A DNA stretch of 14,011 nucleotides from Octopus sinensis (taxonomy: Eukaryota): the NCBI RefSeq assembly GCF_006345805.1, contig NW_021825962.1:1-14011 (forward strand). The letters are read 5' to 3'. Position numbers and translations under genes: made by a program. The stretch's first letter is position 1; each line of letters begins with the position of its first letter. Below are positions 9,346 to 14,011 of this stretch, one piece after another. Below the pieces are notes generated by a model. The model searched no databases, was not told the DNA's origin, and was given only the letters and a program-made list of their open reading frames with translations.

Positions 9346-9530
9346 CACATAGACACATACACAGGCGCACTCGTGCACACATTTTTCTGTTTTTATTCAT
9401 TCATTTATTTATTCACTTTGAATTGCAAACTAAAGGACAAAGATCTCGTCTCTAACCTAGAAGCAAAGAAATATTTTAGATTCTCCTGTGGATGGGACCT
9501 GATTCTTTCTGAAAAGAAACATTCAATACC

Positions 9531-9566
9531 TTACGTACGTACATAAGTACGTATGTACGTACGTAC

Positions 9567-9597
<31 letters not shown>

Positions 9598-9620
9598 TGT
9601 ATGTATGTATGTATGTATGT
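9531..9620 (+). repeat. (TACG)n/(TATG)n tetranucleotide microsatellite
   Basis: Read directly from sequence. Confidence 0.9.
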
Positions 9621-9631
9621 ACGACTATATA

Positions 9632-9850
9632 AAGGGTAAAGACTCCCTTCGGTCATGAATGACCATGGGATTGCACCTAGAAAGTTACCCTCCTAGACAC
9701 AAGTCCGGGCACGGTTGTTTATGGAAGACCAGCAGTCGCCCATGCATACCAGCCTCCCCTCTCCACGCCACCAGTGTTATCCAAGGGAAAGACAAAGGTC
9801 GATACAGCTTGGCACCAGTGACGTCGCAACTCATTTCTACAGCTGAGTGA
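9632..9850 (-). mobile_element. 5'-truncated retroposon (SINE/LINE 3' module) with 11-bp TSD
   Basis: ACGACTATATA at 9621-9631 and 9851-9861. Homologous to 13071-13267. Hairpin GGTCAT-GA-ATGACC near its 3' end. Confidence 0.85.
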
Positions 9851-9965
9851 ACGACTATATATACATACATATATATGAGTGTCTGCTTTATATTCAAATG
9901 AATATCCACTGTTTTCGGTATTGAATGTTGTTTTCAGAAAGAATCAGGTCCCATCCACAGGAGAA

Positions 9966-10189
9966 ATTAACGTGCAAGTGGTTGAGCACTCCACGGATAC
10001 GTGTACCCTTAACGCGTACCTTAATCTCAAGGAGATTCAGCGTGGTACAGAATGTGGTAAGCACGGTCCTTTTTGCCAACTGAGAGAACCGGAGCAACGC
10101 GAAAGAAAGTGTTTTGCTGAAGGACTTAACGCAAGGAATCGAACTCACCATCTTACGATTGTGAGCCGAATACCCTAACTACTAAATGC
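9966..10189 (-). mobile_element. tRNA/CORE-like SINE with tail module shared with 13268-13385
   Basis: Minus strand has B box GAGTTCGATTCC and a CORE-like body. The + strand ATTAACGTGCAAGTGG...GGAGATTCAGCGTG is shared with 13268 onward. Confidence 0.8.
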
Positions 10190-10207
10190 ATATATATATA
10201 CATACAT

Positions 10208-10520
10208 ATCACCTTGATCACCGTGGCCGACCAGGCTATCAGATGTTGCTACACATCACTGGTCACAATGCGCTTCGCATTGTTTTAGTCTTCAAATGAC
10301 GCCACCCCGCTGGCTAAGCGAGCAGGCTAACAGAAGAAAGAGTGAGAGAAAGTTGTGGCGAAAGAGTACAGCAGGGATCGCCACCACCCCCTGGCGGAGC
10401 ATCGTGGAGCTTTAGGTGTTTTCACTCAATAAACACTCACAACGCCCGGTCTGGGAATCGAAACTGCGATCCTACGACCGCGAGTCCGCTGCCCTAACCA
10501 CTGGGCCATTGCGCCCCCAC
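10208..10520 (-). mobile_element. tRNA-derived SINE (head and body shared with 13388-13580, different tail)
   Basis: Minus strand has A box TGGCCCAGTGG and B-box-like GTTTCGATTCC. 10329-10520 is about 91% identical to 13388-13580 by manual count. Confidence 0.9.
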
Positions 10521-10536
10521 AAATACACACATACAC

Positions 10537-10569
<33 letters not shown>

Positions 10570-10917
10570 TATATATATGTATATACACACACAAATATAT
10601 TTATTTGTGTGTGTGTGTATAGATACGTATTTGTATATTTATGTATGTGGTTTATATGTATATATGTATATATGTATATATGTATATACACTCATGCACA
10701 CAAATACACACCACAGACACACGTTCATGGGTGTTATCAATTTACTGGATGTAATAACACAGGTGTATCTTCACCTCCCCGACCAATGACGAATTGATTT
10801 ATCACACCGTTGGCTGACCTCGGTGATATATGTTGTCATATAATATCGGTTATCCAATTAAGGGAACCATTCGCAAACTCTTTACTGTATTCTCTCTCTG
10901 TCTCTCTTCTTCCTTCA

Positions 10918-10955
<38 letters not shown>

Positions 10956-11069
10956 TATGTCTACGTTATGTATGTATATCTCCCAAACGCACACATTCGT
11001 ACACATATGCACACACTCACTCGTACAAAGATTTACACGTTATTATATACATACCTACTTAATACCTAT

Positions 11070-11332
<263 letters not shown>

Positions 11333-11456
11333 ACATATATTCAGTCATACATACAAACATACACATACAAGTGCAGCTACTCTTTGCGCTTCTAATTTTC
11401 GATATTAAATTAGTTTCATTTTCTAATCAACGTGTCAAAGAAAGGTACGATATATA

Positions 11457-11514
11457 AGTGTGCGTGCGTGTGTATGTGTGTGTATGTATGTGTGTGTGTG
11501 TGTATGTGTGTGTA

Positions 11515-11572
<58 letters not shown>
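11457..11572 (+). repeat. (GT)n microsatellite
   Basis: Read directly from sequence. Confidence 0.95.
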
Positions 11573-11575
<3 letters not shown>

Positions 11576-11590
11576 TTGTGGGTATGTGAG

Positions 11591-11673
11591 TGCCGTGTTG
11601 CTATAAGTTTGGTTCGAAATTACATGATCATGGGTTCGATCCTGTTGTGCAGCATTTTCGGTAAGTGCCTTTT
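11591..11673 (+). mobile_element. Degenerate tRNA/CORE SINE head fragment
   Basis: B-box GGGTTCGATCC and CORE-like CAGCATTTTCGGTAAGTGCCTTT, colinear with 3590-3665. Confidence 0.55.
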
Positions 11674-11809
11674 CCTGTTTTTTACTTGTATTGTTTTTAC
11701 TGTCTTGTTTTGTTCTTCTGTCCTGTTCTTGTTACCACTTTTACCCTCTCCGCAAAAAATCCCAAATTTTATTTAATTTGCTTTGCGGGAATGACTGTTT
11801 CAACGAAGT

Positions 11810-11998
11810 CGCTTCTTGACCCTACCTTCGTAACGCGGAGTAGACGAAACAGGGACAACTGAAGAAGGGGAATATTCCTTGTGTTGTATCTCTTGTACTC
11901 TGTTTTTTTGTTGTTTGAAAAATAGTTCGTTTCCATGATTTTGTTTTTATGTTTTCGTTTCTCATTGTATTCAACGTTTTTTTGATGTCCAGTACCCA
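11810..11998 (+). mobile_element. Probable terminal fragment of a Penelope-like or other retroelement
   Basis: Imperfect hairpin at 11813-11868, CGAAA and CTGAAGA motifs, then a T-rich tail running into (TA)n. The family assignment is from recollection only. Confidence 0.35.
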
Positions 11999-11999
11999 T

Positions 12000-12111
12000 A
12001 TATGCATGTATATATATATATATATTATATATATATATATAATATATATATATATATATGTATATAATAATATATATTATATATATATATTATATATATA
12101 TAATATATATA

Positions 12112-12147
<36 letters not shown>

Positions 12148-12205
12148 GGTATGTACATATATGTATGTATATATACATATATTATATATTATTTTATATA
12201 TTATA
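12000..12205 (+). repeat. (TA)n-rich microsatellite
   Basis: Read directly from sequence. Confidence 0.95.
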
Positions 12206-12240
12206 TGATCGAACGCCACGCATCCTTTTCCAAGTAGTTG

Positions 12241-12297
<57 letters not shown>
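12241..12297 (+). repeat. (TCTA)n microsatellite
   Basis: Read directly from sequence. Confidence 0.95.
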
Positions 12298-12298
12298 A

Positions 12299-12400
12299 TG
12301 CCGAAATTGCGAGGACTGAAGATTGAAGGCTTCGAATGTCCCGTCCGTGTTTTTTGTATCGTCTTCTAAATGTTTTGCGTTCTTGTCCCAGTTTGTATTT
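12299..12400 (+). mobile_element. Second probable retroelement terminal fragment with the same architecture as 11810-11998
   Basis: CGAAA-N9-CTGAAGA followed by a T-rich tail running into (TA)n. Otherwise little sequence identity to the first fragment. Confidence 0.3.
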
Positions 12401-12427
12401 TTTTTTTTACATATATATATATATATA

Positions 12428-12479
12428 TAGAAGAAATAGCTATAACCCTTTTTAGTAGAAGAAATAGCTATAACCCTTT
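12428..12479 (+). repeat. 24-bp direct repeat, period 28
   Basis: TAGAAGAAATAGCTATAACCCTTT at 12428-12451 and 12456-12479. Confidence 0.95.
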
Positions 12480-12860
12480 GACTGATATTTCTAAATTCGG
12501 TATGTGGTAAGGCAACTCGTTGCTAAACCCTTATTGCTTAGTATATATATATATATATATATATATGGATGTATGTATTTTGTTCGATGCTCTGTTATTT
12601 TGCTTGACGTTATACTTATTAGCAAGGTGAAAAGATACGGTTTATTTATTTCTGATTCATTGATGTAAGTCAGTGGATCGATTCAATGAAACGACGATCC
12701 AGGAAGGAAGAAGGTGTAATCCTTGTTTACGGAGCCATGATATGGAAATGCACGATCTTTCTTCATTCTGCGCATAAATAAACGTATATCAGACTGTACA
12801 GGAGGTTGTTTTCACAAATACTCGTACCCCTTAGCGCAACCTTGGGGTAGTTTCTTTTCC

Positions 12861-13612
12861 GAGGATACCTCTATAGAGTCACTCGATATGTTAGAAATAG
12901 TAGCTAACTCTCTGTCAAATCACATCTAACCATTTGAAAACATGACAGGATATATTGTATGATATAGTACTGCATGCTTTGTACTTTAAAGAAGAAAAAA
13001 AAACAGAACCAGATGGCCTCGGCTAGCGTGATTTCGATGATAGATTTGCTCGACCAAGACTTGTTGCTGTGACCCCCCTTCGGTTATGAATGACCATGGG
13101 ATTGCACCTAGAGAGTTACCCTCCGAGGCACAAGTCTGGGCAAAGTTGTTTATGGAAGACCAGCAGTCACCCACGCATACCAGCTTCCCCTCTCCATGCC
13201 ACCAATGATATCCAAAGGAAAGGCAAAGGCCGATACAGCTTGGCACCAGTGACGTCGCAGCTCATTTATTAACGTGCAAGTGGCTGAGGACTCCACAGAC
13301 ACGTGTACCCTTAACGTAGTTCTTGGGGAGATTCAGCGTGACACAGGGTGTGACAAGGCTGGCCCTTTGAAATACAGGTACAACAGAAACAGGAAGAAAG
13401 AGTTAGAGAAAGTAGTGGTGAAAGAGTACAGCAGGATTCACTAGCACCCCCTGCCGGAGCCTCGTGGAGCTTTAGGTGTTTTCGCTCAATAAACACTCAC
13501 AACGCCCGGTTTGGGAATCGAAACCGCGATCCTACGACCGCGAGTCCGTTGCCCTAACCACTGAGCCATTGCGCCTCCACTCGACCAGGACTAATCTAAC
13601 ATTAAACAACAA
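12861..13612 (+). mobile_element. Family X copy d, interrupted by the composite SINE at 13062-13580
   Basis: 12869-12920 and 13010-13061 match the reverse complement of copies a/b. The element resumes at 13581 (TCGACCAGGACTAA...TAAACAACAA). Confidence 0.75.
13062..13580 (-). mobile_element. Composite three-module SINE flanked by a 12-bp TSD
   Basis: Head and body at 13580-13388 (A box TGGCTCAGTGG, B box GGTTTCGATTCC), tail module at 13387-13268, second tail module at 13267-13062. TCGACCAAGACT at 13050-13061 vs TCGACCAGGACT at 13581-13592. Confidence 0.8.
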
Positions 13613-14011
13613 TTACACTGAACATTAGAGAACATAACACTCAAGATAACTTATTTCAAATACGTCGTTGTGAGTTTTCTTCTCCTCTGTTCTTCTTTAC
13701 ATATATTAACATACATTAGAGAATCTATACACTTTCGACTCAGGAGTGTGTTAATAACGCTTAAGCTTTTGTCCGTCTATTCCTTTCTTCTTCTACTTTT
13801 CACCCATTCTGTCTGAGCGGGAACCATTTTGTCTTTCTATCCGTGTTTCTTTCTCTATCCGTCTTTCCCTCTTTCTCTCCCCCCCTCTCTCTCTCTCTTT
13901 CTGTCTCTCTCATTCCTACTCCCTGTAAATATGATTCTATCTTTTTTGTGTATTTATCCTTATCTCTCTTACATTTCAACTAATATAAAGACCTCTCTTG
14001 TTTACCATCTT

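Larger units (their letters stand above)
9481..9965. repeat. 50-bp inverted repeat pair (arms 9481-9530 and 9917-9965)
   Basis: The first 35 nt are perfectly complementary, followed by 1 substitution plus a 1-nt indel, then 13 more perfect nt. Confidence 0.95.

Noticed and set aside
5620-9508. Phase-compatible minus-strand exon chain (9508-9457, 8534-8511, 8381-8329, then from about 5715) ending in a Cys-rich stretch, CYDRCMCQGELLCS
   Set aside because: Frames were chosen by absence of stops, several splice sites are weak, and the peptide matches no family I recognise. Spliced RNA-seq alignment would be decisive.
10430-10520. Functional tRNA genes here and at 13490-13580, 4290-4370 and 7900-7987
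   Set aside because: A/B boxes are present, but they continue into shared SINE bodies, and no proper cloverleaf or terminator is evident.
12685-12830. Ancient Tc1 transposase fragment (EGVILVYGAM)
   Set aside because: Only a vague motif likeness, with no DDE residues or TIRs.

Overview
Eukaryotic, repeat-saturated non-coding DNA, most likely an intron or intergenic region of an octopus or related coleoid. The organism call rests on my recollection of octopus tRNA-derived SINE families and is unverified. No intact protein-coding gene is supported. Nearly all listed ORFs are read-throughs of microsatellites or SINEs. The only recognisable protein remnant is a decayed, internally deleted Tc1/mariner transposase of the maT/DD37D type (6663-7572). 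The window also holds about ten SINE or retroposon copies, four copies of a CAA-tailed repeat (family X), a 420-bp MITE with 29-bp TIRs, an 8-bp TSD and internal (CCCTAA)n, and many simple repeats. The most notable structures are: (i) a three-module chimeric SINE that appears to have integrated as one unit with a 12-bp TSD (13062-13580), with its modules found in other combinations nearby; (ii) the Merlin-like MITE carrying telomeric repeats; (iii) a near-perfect 50-bp inverted repeat (9481-9965); and (iv) a 106-bp duplication that extends past a SINE 5' end. I found no evidence for a new protein-based system. All alignments and counts were done by eye.
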